Shown here piece after piece: positions 49,737 through 62,119 of a stretch of DNA of 64,000 nt. The DNA lies in NCBI GenBank assembly GCA_013265495.1, contig MU058134.1, positions 1 through 64,000 of the forward strand. The letters run 5' to 3'. Position numbers and translations under genes: made by a program. The notes beneath the pieces were generated by a model, which was not told the DNA's origin, ran no database searches, and was given only the letters and a program-made list of their open reading frames with translations. The stretch comes from Vicugna vicugna (taxonomy: Eukaryota). Every line of letters starts with the position of its first letter. Positions within the stretch are counted from its first letter, which is position 1.

Positions 49737-52185
49737 AGTCAGCCTGACCCCGGGAGGCGGGTGCGGTGCTTTTGCGTGGGGCGGCGGCGGCTGCGAGAGT
49801 TGGGGTGCCCCAGCATGCCGGTCTATTTCTTCTCTTCCCCGCCGCCTGGCCTGGGGGTAGCCTTGGCCGCCGGAGATTCGCTGGACGTGGGACTCCAGGT
49901 AACCTTGCTCCTGGGAGGCGGCGCGGTTAGGTCAGGGGCGGCTGCAGCAGCAGAGGGGGCAGCAGGGCTGCCTCTGGCGAGCTGGTGGGTTAGCTCCCGT
50001 CTCCCACGCGGCCGGGCCTGGGGGCGGCCTCTGCTGCCCCAGGTCGCTGGACACACCTGTCCCACTCAGCTTGCTAAGGCGGGGAGCGGGGGCCGTGCCG
50101 TTAGGGTGCGGGGCCGACTGGAGTAGGGGCCTGCTCCGCGGGAGCCGGCAGTTTGCTCCGCTCCACCCCGCGGTGTGGCCTGGGAGCGGCCTCTGCTGCC
50201 CAAGAAGCCGGACGCCCGTCTCCAGGTCAGCTTGCTGCTGGGAGGCGGGCACGGAGCGGCCAAGGGGTGGTGGCGGCGGCGGCGGCGGCAGGGAGAGGGC
50301 GGCTGCCCCTGCGAGCTGCTTCATTTCTTCTCTCCCCCACGGCCTGGCCTCGGGGCGGCCTTTGCCGCCGAGATTCGTCTGACGTCCAAATCCAGGTGAG
50401 CTTGCTCCTGGGGGGGGGGGTGCAGTCAGGGAGCTGGTAAGGTGGTGGCCGCGGTGCGTAGGGGGGCTGCCCCGGGGGAGCTTGTGGATTAGCTCTCATC
50501 TCTGCAAGGCCTGACCTGCAGGCGGTCTTTGCTGTGTCAGGTCCTGGGACACACCTGTCCCACTTTGCCTGCTGGGTGCGGGAGTTCAGGGTGCGGGAGT
50601 GACGGGGTTAGGGGGCCCGCCACTTGGAAGCCGATCGATTTGCTCCCATTTCTCCTACGGCTTGGCCTGGGGGGCGGCCTCTGTTGCCCCATGTGGCAGG
50701 ATACACGTGTCCCTGTCAGCCTGACCCCGGGAGGCGGGCTCGGGGACGCAGCGACGGCAGCGGATTTTCCTGGAGAGCCGGTCTATTTGCTCCCATCTCC
50801 CCCACGGTCTGTCCTGGGGGCAGTCCCTGTTGCCCCAAGTTTGCCAGATGCCGGTCTCCATCCAGATCAGCCTGCTCCCCAGAGGAGGCCACGGTGAGGT
50901 CAGGGGGCGGAAGCGGGAGCGGGAGCGGCTGCAGGGGGAGGGGGCTGCCTTGGGGAGCTGGTGGATTGGCTTCTGTCTCCCTGGAGGCCTGGTCTGGGAG
51001 TGACCTCTGCTGCCTCAGGTCGCCGGACACACCTGTTCCACACAGCTTGCTGCGGGAGGGGCGCCCAGGGGCGGTGCCGTTAGGGTGCTGGGGTGGAGAG
51101 GGCCGGGGTAGAGGGCCAGCCGCGCGGAGCCGGTCAATTTGCTCCCCTCTTCCCCGGGGCCAATCCTGGGGGCATCCTCTGCTGCCCAAGAAGCCGGGTA
51201 CCTGTCTCCAGGTCAGCTTGCTCCCCGGAGGCGGGCACGGTGCGGTCATGGGGCGGCGGCGGAGGTGGCGGCAAGTGGAGGGGGTCTGCCCCGGCTCGTG
51301 GGTCCATTTCGTCTCCTCTCCCCTGACCTGGCCTGAGTGCGGGTCAGTTTGCTCCTGGGAGGCGGGCGCGCTGCGGTCAGGGGGCGAAGAGGGTGGGGGG
51401 GGCTGCCCCTGGCGAGCTGGTGGATTAGCTCGCATATCCCTGGCAGCCTGGCCTGGGGGCGGCCTCTGCTGCCCCAGATCGCAAGACACAGGTTCCCTGT
51501 CAGTCCAACCACCGGAGGTGGGCGAGATGCGGTCGGGGGGCGGCGGGGCGACGGAGTGGGTGCTGCCTGGGTCGAGCTGGTCAATTTGCTCCCCTCTCCG
51601 ACGCGGCCTGTCCCGTGGGCGATCTCTGCGGCCCCTGGTAGCGGGACACACCTGTCCTACTCAGCCTGCTCCCAGGAGGCAGGCGCAGTGAGGTCAGGGG
51701 GTGGGGGGCTTGGCTTCTGCAGGCAGAGGGGAGCTGCCCCCGGGGAGTTGGTGGACTTGCTCCCATCTCTCTGGAGGCCTGCCCTGGGGGCGTCCTCTGC
51801 TACGCCTCGTTCGCTGGTCGCCCTTCTTCAGGTCATCGTGGGGGCAGTGACGAGAGTATGGAGCCTGCCGCGGGGAAGCCGGTGGATTAGCTCCCATCTT
51901 CCCTGCTGCTTGGCCTGGGGGCGCCCTCTGCTGCCCCAGGTCGAAAGACATAGGTTCCCTGAAGGCCTAACCACGGGAATCAGGGCACGATGCGCTGAGC
52001 GGGCCCAGGCAGGGGCAGAAGCTGCAGAGCAGGGGGCTGCCCCTGGCCAGCCGGTCAGTTTGTTCCCATCCCCCCTGCCTCCTGGCACAGGGGCCACCTT
52101 TGCTGCCCCAGGTTTTCAGGACGCCCGTCTCCAGTTTAAGCTGCTCCTGGGAGGCGGGCGCAGTGCAGTCAGCCCAAGGTCTGGG
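49737..52185. repeat. GC/CpG-rich diverged tandem array, ~16 monomers of ~130-175 bp (mean ~160)
   Basis: The motif gtcagc(c/t)tg...gggaggcggg and its variants recur at ~49737, 49897, 50065, 50224, 50394, 50562, 50714, 50864, 51041, 51210, 51341, 51498, 51660, 51829, 51960 and 52133. Nearly all are followed by gagc(c/t)ggt...(t/a)gctccc and ggcctgggggcggcctctgctgccc variants. Confidence 0.9.
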
Positions 52186-52460
52186 CTCTCCCCTGGGGAG
52201 GGGAAGAACTCTCTTGGTTTCCTTTGTCTCTATTCTTCAGTAAAGGGGTCAATGGAGCCAGTTCTTAATCTTGAGAAAGTGTAGCCTGTGTTACGGAAGA
52301 GCTGCTGTACAGTGTGGTTTCTGGGTCGGTTTTCACATCAGCTGATGCTCCAGGCAGGCAGGAAAGCTATTACTCAGAGCTTCTTAGCCTGGAGTTGGGG
52401 GATGGTCCCGCCACCCTCACCATGCTTTTTCTAAGTGTGTTACTCCTTTCTTTTTCCTAG

Positions 52461-52570
52461 GTGACATTTTAGGTTATTGGGTCACAGATTGGTGGCACAC
52501 TCATCCCTGTTCTCAAAGATCTTTTAAACTTGGGTGAAGTGACAAGTAAGAGAAGATGATTTACTGAATG
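52461..52570 (+). other. Candidate spliced exon (110 bp), probably non-coding or 5' UTR
   Basis: Strong acceptor tactcctttctttttcctag| and donor ATG|gtaaga. Confidence 0.5.
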
Positions 52571-53564
52571 GTAAGACTACTTAAATTTGCATTAGAGCCA
52601 CATTCTGTCAGCCCTTCTCAAATGATTTTTCTCTGTTTCTAAACCCACGACCTAGTGACTGTTGCACTCCTGTGTAAGTCATTGATATTCACATCACATT
52701 TGTTGAGTGGGCAACAAGATTTGTTAATCAGGCTTATCCCTGAAAGGAGAAACTCAGGCTTTTGAGCACAATTCCTTGTCTGATGTCACCCAGGCAGTCA
52801 CAGTAGAAGATAGAGCTGATATAAAAGTCCCTCAGCTGCCTGAACTGCAAAGCTTCTGGGATTACTGATCCCTGAAATACAGGTGACTCTTGATAATAAT
52901 TTGGAAATTAGTTCATATGATCAGGTTCTTCCAGTCCTGTAAATGGGTTCCGTGGCCCCAGCCCCAGGAGAACTTGGTCATAATGGCCGTGTTGTGAGGG
53001 GTGGGATGGGAAGGCAGAGGTGTAAGAGCTGGAATCACTTAGACTCCACACTCACTAAACACAGACTCCAGAGCCTAATTGTTGTCTGGTTCTGTTCTGG
53101 ATTTAAGAGAATGTTCAGACATGATTCTTACCCTTCAAGAGTCACTGCCTGGGTGGAAGTAACCTTTATATAAACCTGGAAGGGATGGTGATTAAAGCAG
53201 ATGGGCTGTTACGGTACTCAGTGTGCCCAGGGTCACCCTTCCAGGTACTTGTGGGAGTGAGAGTGATGTTATTTGCTCATTCACTGATTTATCAGCCTTG
53301 AATTGATCATTTGTCCCACAGTAAGTGAAACAAGGGATCAGGAACCTGAGTTTTGTCCCCTCTCTTGTCACTGATTGTGTCTGTCAGTCGGGTGCCCTGC
53401 GTATGCACTGTGAAATGGTGTGGTATTTCTTCCCCAATGGAGCTACACCATCAGTTTTGAGAATCAGGGGAGACACGTGGGTAGGACAGCGCCCTGACAC
53501 ACATGACTCCCTCTCACCCCTGCCATGAGACATCATTGTCGACGCTCAGGTGGCCTGATGGAGA

Positions 53565-53735
53565 CTGTGGTTCTAAACCTGAGAGTGTGTAGTGATCTTG
53601 GCAACTCTATGAAAATACGGACTACCAGTCCCTACCTGTGAAGATTCTGAGGGTCTGCTCCCCAGAATTCTGCATTTTAAGAAACACTTCAGGTAATTCT
53701 GATGATGATCTGAGTGTCCCACTGAGAAACACTGG
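53565..53735. mobile_element. MER5-like hAT element
   Basis: ctgtggttctaaacct...tctgcattttaagaaacacttcaggtaattctgatg...tgagaaacactgg. Confidence 0.7.
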
Positions 53736-53972
53736 TATGCAATGCACAATATTGAGGAGCCTCAGGGAAAGATGTCTTTTCAGGATGGTCCAAGGGCCCT
53801 CACTTGAGACTTTCGCCTTGGGTTTATTTGTATGTGTTCAGAAGTGATATGTCTCACTTCTGGTGCTTGTCAGCATGCTCTGTACAGGGACTTGCACTCA
53901 GTAGATGGCAAAAACTGTGATTCTTCAGGTCACTGAGCTAGAGTGTGTAGCTACATAATTTTTTAGTTAAAA

Positions 53973-54125
53973 TGTGTGTGTGTGTGTGTATATATGTATA
54001 TATAGCACATAATGTATGTATTATGTCATGTATGTATAATGTATGTATGTAATATATAGCACATATGTAAGTGTATTATATAATGTGTATGTCATGTAAC
54101 ATGTATTATATATATGCATATGCAG
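53973..54125. repeat. (TG)n/(TA)n low-complexity tract
   Basis: tgtgtgtgtgtgtgtgtatatatgtatatatag... Confidence 0.9.
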
Positions 54126-56234
54126 ATACACAAACGTATGCTAAATGATACTATGCTTGCTTGCTTTCCTGTCTCACCTCTCTGGCTTAACTTTTCCTAA
54201 CTACTCTTTCAATTCACACTTTTCCCAGTGTGTTGGCATACCGCCCATTTTACTGTATATTTCAAAGCATTATTTTATAAAAAGCTACTCAGTAATGTTA
54301 AAATATAAATGATCTAGATGTGTGTGCTATTGTATCTAGCAAACTTTTTGAGGGCTAACCTGAAAGGCTTGATTCAATATATAGAGTAAGTGTTTATTAC
54401 TTCCTGAGTCAGGGGACTATAACCTACTGACTAACATAAATGATACATCATGCCAAAAAAATTAATCAGAAAACTGGAAACTCTCTTTTTATACTAAAGA
54501 TAATCTGGACACCGTCTGAGTGCAGGACATAATTTCTCTCATTAACAAACCTTCAGTATCCCATTTTAAAACACTAATTGTACCACATAATCCCATTTAT
54601 TTTTATTTTTTTAACTTGAAATATTTTGCTTCCTAACAGTTCTTAAGGATACTACAGTTCTATTGTGTCCCTAACATTAATTTTAGGTGGCTTTTCTGTG
54701 TCAATTTTTTTCCTTTTCTTATCCCACCTGGTACTCAACTAACAGAGGTTGCTCCTAAACTCTAGAAACCACACTTGTTCTTTTCCACGATAATGCCTAG
54801 CCCAACTTTGTGGCTTTACATCTTGTAGCTCTTCAGTTTCAAAATCATATGTTATTTTATATAACTTCTTGCATTAATTTGTGAAATGTTTAATTTTTCC
54901 TCTTCCTCATTTTTAAAAAAAATTCTCTGGCTTGAGAGGACTTGTTTTCACTATGCAGTGCAGCAGTGGGGGACACCCACGTTCAGCAGGTGTGTTTTCT
55001 ACAATTCACTCTCTGCATTCTAGTTCATGTATGTATGGGCAGCAGAGCCCATGATGCTGCAGCAGGTGTAATAAATGTGAGCAGTCTTTTAGCCTATTTT
55101 AAAGATACAAATACAAAAATTTAGAACATCGGGAAGTGTTGACCCTGATCTCCAATTCTGGAGAACTTACACACAGAGAAATGATGTAAGAGAATAGATC
55201 CAATAAAAGTTTCAAAACCCTATTCTAATATTAATGTGCAAAAGACAATGAGCAATGATATAATATCCATTCATTTTGGCAGGAACAAGATTGCTCCTTC
55301 ACCAGGAGAGAATGACCCATTTTCATGCTGGCCTTTAAAAGCACGAAGAGTAAGTACAGACAGCCTAGGTCCAGACGTATGCTTCACAGGATCTCCGGGA
55401 AAGTCATCTCTGCTTCCTGCTGCCTTCTCTGTTTGAATGTTAGGAAGGGGAACAGAGAGAGCACTCAAAGTGCTGATATTATCTCAAACTGAAGTGAACA
55501 ACAGTATTAAAGAGAATGAATGAATAAGCAATAAGCTGCCTGTCTTCTACAGCACCTAGGCTATTCAAATTTACTAATAAAAACAGCCACTAATATTTTA
55601 ATAGCTTCCATTGAACACTGTTTTTCATCAGAATGAGTTTCTAGATATATCTCTAATATTAGATTACAGTTTCCTCCAAATAGACACCCTTCTATTGAAA
55701 TTGATCCAGTCTTTATCTTTTCTAGAAGATGATCCATGATACTAAGTTTTTACTAAGATACCCGCTTTTTCCCCTACGAAATGACGTTAAGTATGGAGTG
55801 ACCGAGATTTCACTACTCTAGAAAACAGACTCATAAGGATTTATTAAAAAAAAACAAACGAATCTATGTTTTCAAACTTGACAATTTAAATTGAACTGCA
55901 AGATGAAAGACTCATAAAAGAAAACAAAAAAATTCACAGATTTTCATGATTCAAATGATAAAAAAATTTCCTTCAGCATGCTTTCTTTTCACCTCCATAA
56001 TAAAGGAGGCAGGAATTATACTCTGAAAAATCAAGGAAGTCTCACTTTAATATTGTATTTTAAGAGGTGGAAATGTTAGAACATTAAAGTAGGAATGTTA
56101 AGACAAATCTCATGCCACTAACTGGTTACATTTAATGATGAGAAACTGTATCAGAGTGGGTAGGTGTGATGTTGCCACAGGCATGCTGACAGGCTAGCAG
56201 TAAGTCATCTAACTCTGATACAAGCACTGGGCAT

Positions 56235-56400
56235 TTGCAGCAGTACAGACCTGGCTTCAAATACTGGCTCCAATGTGCACCTTAAACAGGCAAATAAATT
56301 AAAATCTCTGGTCTTTGGTTATTTAATTTGTAAAAAAGAAATAATAAAAAAACTAACCTCACATAGATGCTGTAGGGACTATAAAAGAAAAGGTATGTAA
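56235..56400 (+). mobile_element. MIR SINE
   Basis: cagacctggcttcaaatactggctcc...ggcaaataaattaaaatctctg...taacctcacatag. Confidence 0.6.
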
Positions 56401-57142
56401 AGAATCTTAAATTACACCTGGAACAAAATAGATGGCCAAAAAGTTATCTCCATAGCTGAGTGATAGTCGTGGCTGTTGGTCAGGGGTTGAGCAGAGGTGA
56501 CTAATTTATGTATATAGAAGAGGCCTGTGGTCCAGGGAAACAGTCTCAGAGAAAGTGATCTATTAGTAACATCAGATAAAGTGATATTATTTGAGGAAAG
56601 AAAGTTGAGCAAAGAAATTTTATTTCAAAATCAACTTAAAAATATAGTTTCAGCTTCTTCAAAACTGATTAGTACTGTGGACTGTGGCATGAATTCATAC
56701 AGTAGTTCAGTCTCTTTTGAGCAAAACCTGATCACTGCTTTCAGGGAAAGCATGTACCAAACTGCCAGGTGAATCAAGGTACATCAAACATTGCATATAA
56801 ATACATTTTAAAAATCCAGCAATACAATTATGTTTATGATTAACTAGTTCTTGACAGTACAATTTCTTGAAGCTGTAACAAATTTCCTCAAGAGTTTTAA
56901 TTTTGCCAGTTTTTCAAAAAAAAATTGTCCCTGATTCCTTGGCCTTTCATTAATAATTACAAGAGAATATTTGGTTTCTTTTGCACATGTAAATTTTGCT
57001 AAGAGAGGTCTGATATTGGCACTTTTTACTCCATTTATTAAATAGTAGTAACCTCAAAACTGTTGCCTTGAAATTTTAAGATATAAAATTTCAAATAAAA
57101 TTTTAAATTTTAAAAATTGGGAAAGCTCTAAATAGTCTTTAT

Positions 57143-57297
57143 GGTTTTCTTTGTTTGTTTTGCTTTTGTTTTTGTTTTTGGTGGGGAGAGGTAATTCAGT
57201 TTACTTATTTATTCTTAGAGGAAGTACTGGGGACTGAACTCAGTACCACCTCACACATGCTAAGCATACACTTTACCACTTGAGCTATACCCTCCCC
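57143..57297 (-). mobile_element. tRNA-derived SINE (same family as 28712)
   Basis: The reverse complement starts GGGGAGGGTATAGCTCAAGTGGTAAAG; T-rich tail on the + strand. Confidence 0.9.
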
Positions 57298-57445
57298 TCT
57301 AAGTAATGTTTTTAAATTTGCAACTTGCTTTATAAATTGATCACTGAATCTATAGATCAGAGTTAAATATATATACAAAAAAAAAAAGACAAAATTTTGA
57401 CTAGGGAAACAGCAGTATAGATTGCACACCAAGGAGTGGTGAGAT

Positions 57446-57895
57446 TGAGGCGGGAAGCCCCATAAAAAAGACTGACAGGACTCCCAAGCAGGGCCACTAC
57501 TCTCATGCTGGCACCATCCAGTTCCCTGGCCCAGAGGCTCTATCTCACTTTTTGCGTCTGAAATGGCTTACTTACCCCTAAAATTCTACTGGTTCCCTGA
57601 GCTCACTTCTGATTGGTTATTTCCTTCACTCCTGATTGGTCTATTTCTAAAAAGCTTGCTCTTAGTTGATTAGCTTTTGTTACACTTTATCATATGATGT
57701 TGCAAAGTGTAAAACTGTCAGCCTATAAAGGCCTGTGTAAACCTACAGAGAGGGATCCAGAGCTTGGAGTGTTAACTCCTCTGGGCCTGCTGGCATAATA
57801 AACCCGAGTTCTCCAACTCTCTGAGTGCTGCTTGGTCTCTCGCCCGGATCCAGGTTGCTGTCACAACTGAGCTGTAACACATTTTTTCTGCAACA
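57446..57895 (+). mobile_element. Complete solo ERV LTR (450 bp, class I-like)
   Basis: TG...CA termini, 4-bp TSD AGAT (57442-57445 and 57896-57899), two CTGATTGG (reverse CCAAT) boxes, TATAAA at ~57724 and AATAAA at ~57797. Confidence 0.9.
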
Positions 57896-59667
57896 AGATC
57901 ACAGGTTGGGGGTAGATGACAGGGAAAGAGAAAGTAAGAGAGGCAGAGGTTTATTCCAGGAGAGAAATTCAGTGATCACATCCATCCGTAGTCCTGGTCA
58001 CTACAAATCAGAGAACACCCAGTGTACTTAGGGGAATGATTAACAGTAGCACACCTGGAATGGTACTTTCTCAAGAGACGAGCTCATAAATACTGACCCT
58101 TCTCTGAGATGCACAGGGTAAAATAAACAGAACATCTTTGAACTGATGTACGTACCAAAGGAGAAGTTACCATTACTAATGACCCAGTCACAGCTAATCA
58201 TTTTATGGCTAACCAGAGGCCTGGGTAGTTATACTAAACTCAGAGAACAGCTTTGCAGCACCTCATGGTGATTTTTATTCTCAGCTGAACCATTTAAAAT
58301 GCAGTTCTTTTAATGAACTATGAAATGATCCAATAAGATCCTCTCAAGCGTAAGTCAGGCTGTGTGAGTTCATGTTGATGGGATTTAAGAAGCCAGGACT
58401 CAATATGAAAATTTAAGTGAATGAGGAATTAAAACTTAAAACCTTATAAAAAACTATCAGAAATGTTGATAAATGTAATATAGTTTGGAGATGGAAAGGA
58501 GTTCACTCTACCTCTTTTTAAAAGCAAATAAACCTTTTTGTAAAAAAGATTTTGGCCAAAACTAGCTTACAGTCTCATCTCTAAAACATCCACTGACAAA
58601 GGGAAGTGGACTAACCATGTAACCATGGTGGGCTTATACCAGTCAGAATTTACCCTCATGAAAGAGTAAACATCTTTTTCCCTGAGCTGCCAACACCCAA
58701 ATATAATGTGTATTCTATAAGGAAAGAAAGTGGAAGAAATGGTATTTGAGCAGGCAGACAGCATATGCCTTTCACACTTTGCTATCCATGATCCAAATTA
58801 AAATTTCCTTGAACATAATCTGGTAATATGAATCCAAGTCCTTCAAAGTACACATTTCATTGGAAAAGGAAATGTACTTCTAAAAATGTTATCTTAAGAA
58901 AATAATCAAATAAAGTGTAAAAAATCTACATAAGACTATTGATTTCAGAAATACTTTAAGTATCAAAAATAATGAAAAATTTGAAGGAGGTATGTTAAAC
59001 AAATAATGGGATGTTTATACTGTTAAATAAAATGTAGCCTTACAAAATAATGACATAAAAATTTGATCATAGTTTGTTAAATGGTACTAAAACTGTTTAA
59101 TTCAAATATATGCTCTAAAATCAAAAACAAAACAAAAAACAAAAACAAAACCCTAAGATTTTGACATCAAAATGGTAACAAAAGCCAAGGGTAACTTATT
59201 TTCTTATTTATACTTTTTAAAATTTTCTAGAGGATTTTTGATATGCATATTTTAATCAGGTAACAAACAATGGGAAGGAAGGGAGAGAAACAAGAAACTT
59301 CTAAATATTAAAGGCACTAAGTTCATATATTTTTATAATAGCAGAAGATTGTAAATAATGTCAATGTCCAACATTAGAAGCCTTGTTAAGGAAACCTGTA
59401 GAAACATTGGTATAGAAAGATGATCACAACACATAATTGAATGAAAAGCATATGTTACAATACTGTAGACTTTGCACATTGCCATTTTTGTTTTATATGT
59501 ATTTCTAGATAGATATTATCTCTAACAGTAGGATATCCATAGGTCTATTTTAGTAATTAAATTTTATCCTTGCACTCTAATTTTCATACAATGAATGTTT
59601 ATTTTATAGTTCTCTATTATTTGTTGAAAAAAAGGGAAAAGTATTCTAAGTAAAAAAAGGGTTTTTT

Positions 59668-61408
59668 AAAAAAGGGATCCAAATTGGAAAAGAAGAGGTA
59701 AAAGTGTCACTATATGCCGACGACATGTTACTATATATAGAAAACCCTAAAAAGTTCACACAAAAATTACTAGAGCTGATTGAAGAATTCAGCAAGGTAG
59801 CAGGTTATAAGATTAATGTTCAAAAATCAGTTGCATTTCTTTATGCTAATAATGAATCAACAGAAAAAGAAAGTAAAGAAACAATCCCCTTTAAAATAGA
59901 ACCCAAAGTAATAAAGTACCTAGGAATAAACCTAACCAAAGAAGTGAAAGAATTATATACAGAAAACTATAAACCATTGATGAAGGAAATTAAAGAAGAC
60001 TTTAAGAAATGGAAAGATATCCCATGCTCTTGGATTGGAAGAATAAATATTGTTAAAATGGTCACACTGCCCAAGACAATCTACAGATTTAATGCAATCC
60101 CTATCAAATTACCCAGGACATATTTCACAGAACTAGAACAAATCATAATACAATTTATATGGAACCATCAAAGACCTAGAATTGCCAAAGCATTACTGAA
60201 GAGAAAGAAAGAGGCTGGAGGAATAACTCTCCCAGACTTCAGACAATACTGTAGAGCTACAGTCATCAAGACAGCATGGTATTGGTACAAAAACAGACAT
60301 ATAGACCAATGGAACAGAATAGAGAGCCCAGAAATGAACCCACAAACTTTCGGTCAACTAATCTTCGACAAAGGAGGCAAGAATATACAATGGAATAAAG
60401 ACAGTCTCTTCAGCAAATGGTGTTGGGAAAACTGCACAGCAGCCTGTAAAACAATGAAGTTAGAACACTCCCTTACACCATACACAAAAATAAACTCAAA
60501 ATGGATCAAAGACTTAAACATAAGACAAGATACAATAAACCTCCTAGAGGAAAACATAGGCAAAACATTATCTGACATACATTTCAAAAATTTTCTCCTA
60601 GAAGAAATAAAAGCAAGAATNNNNNNNNNNNNNNNNNNNNNNNNNNNNNNNNNNNNNNNNNNNNNNNNNNNNNNNNNNNNNNNNNNNNNNNNNNNNNNNN
60701 NNNNNNNNNNNNNNNNNNNNNNNNNNNNNNNNNNNNNNNNNNNNNNNNNNNNNNNNNNNNNNNNNNNNNNNNNNNNNNNNNNNNNNNNNNNNNNNNNNNN
60801 NNNNNNNNNNNNNNNNNNNNNNNNNNNNNNNNNNNNNNNNNNNNNNNNNNNNNNNNNNNNNNNNNNNNNNNNNNNNNNNNNNNNNNNNNNNNNNNNNNNN
60901 NNNNNNNNNNNNNNNNNNNNNNNNNNNNNNNNNNNNNNNNNNNNNNNNNNNNNNNNNNNNNNNNNNNNNNNNNNNNNNNNNNNNNNNNNNNNNNNNNNNN
61001 NNNNNNNNNNNNNNNNNNNNNNNNNNNNNNNNNNNNNNNNNNNNNNNNNNNNNNNNNNNNNNNNNNNNNNNNNNNNNNNNNNNNNNNNNNNNNNNNNNNN
61101 NNNNNNNNNNNNNNNNNNNNNNNNNNNNNNNNNNNNNNNNNNNATAGACATAGAATACAAACTTATGGTTGCCAAGGGGGCAGAGGGTGGGAAGGGACAG
61201 ACAGGATTTCAAAATTGTAGAATAGATAAACAAGATTATACTGTATAGCACAGGGAAATATACACAAGATCTTATGGTAGCTCACAGACAAAAAAATGTG
61301 ACAATGAACATATATATGTTCATGTATAACTGAAAAATTGTGCTCTACACTGGAATTTGACACAACATTGTAAAATGATTATAAATCAATGAAAAATGTT
61401 AAAAAAAA
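59668..61408 (+). mobile_element. Young 5'-truncated LINE-1, ORF2 from the RT catalytic motif onward, interrupted by an assembly gap
   Basis: [27 protein letters not shown]... is open up to the gap. 3' UTR and A-tail follow the gap. Imperfect TSD AAAAAAAGGGTTTTTT / AAAAAAAAGGTTTTTT. Confidence 0.97.
60621..61143. other. Assembly gap (523 N)
   Basis: Run of n. Confidence 1.
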
Positions 61409-61463
61409 GGTTTTTTTTCTTTGTTTAATGGAAAGAACAGATTAAAAAGGAGAATATGAAAAT

Positions 61464-61955
61464 TGTATTAGTTTTCTATTTCTGCTGTAGCAAATTACTA
61501 CAAATGTAGTGGCTTAAAAATAGGAATTTATTATCTCGTAGACCTATAGGTCATAAGACCAACAAAGACCCCTCAGACTATCGTCAAGCTCTCCACAGGG
61601 CTGCATTCCATTTTGGAATCTAGGGGAGAATTCCCTTTCCTTGCCTCTTCCAACTTCTAGAAGCCACCTGCTTTCACTGACTTAAAGCCCTTCTTCCATC
61701 TTCAAAGGCACCAAGGTCACATCTGTCTAATCCTTTTTCTGTGACTGTATCTTTCTCTGATCTTTGCTAGGAAAGGTTCTCTACTCTTAAGGACTCATGT
61801 GATTAGACTGGGCCCACAAGGATAATTTTCCCATCTCAAGTTCTAGAATCTTCATCATATCTGCAAATCCCCCTTGGCATGTAAGGTAACACATTGACAG
61901 GTTCTGGAGATTAGAATATGGACAGTCTTTGTGGGACTATTACTCTGCCCACTAC
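61464..61955 (-). mobile_element. MaLR (MLT1) LTR
   Basis: tgtattagttttctatttctgctgtagcaaattactacaaatgtagtggcttaaa...ttaaggactcatgtgattagactgggcccac...ctgcccactaca. Confidence 0.88.
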
Positions 61956-62119
61956 ACAAATTATCAGGAATGGCTGTTTTAAGTATGGTTGTTACCAATG
62001 AAACTTTAATTTACATAGAAAACAACTCATTCACTAACTCCTCCTTGCCTTACCTCATCCTAGGTTTCTCCTATCTTAATGATATGAAAAAGGATGAACG
62101 TATCTATGTAAATCTCAGA

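Noticed and set aside
50624..52284. Long ORFs (355, 311 and 315 aa) in the GC-rich region
   Set aside because: They overlap on both strands, are low-complexity G/P/R/A sequence, and arise from stop-poor tandem repeat DNA. No domain was recognised.
59704..61251. 514/273/217-aa ORFs as genes or a novel reverse-transcriptase system
   Set aside because: Ordinary 5'-truncated L1 ORF2. The lengths are inflated by the N gap.
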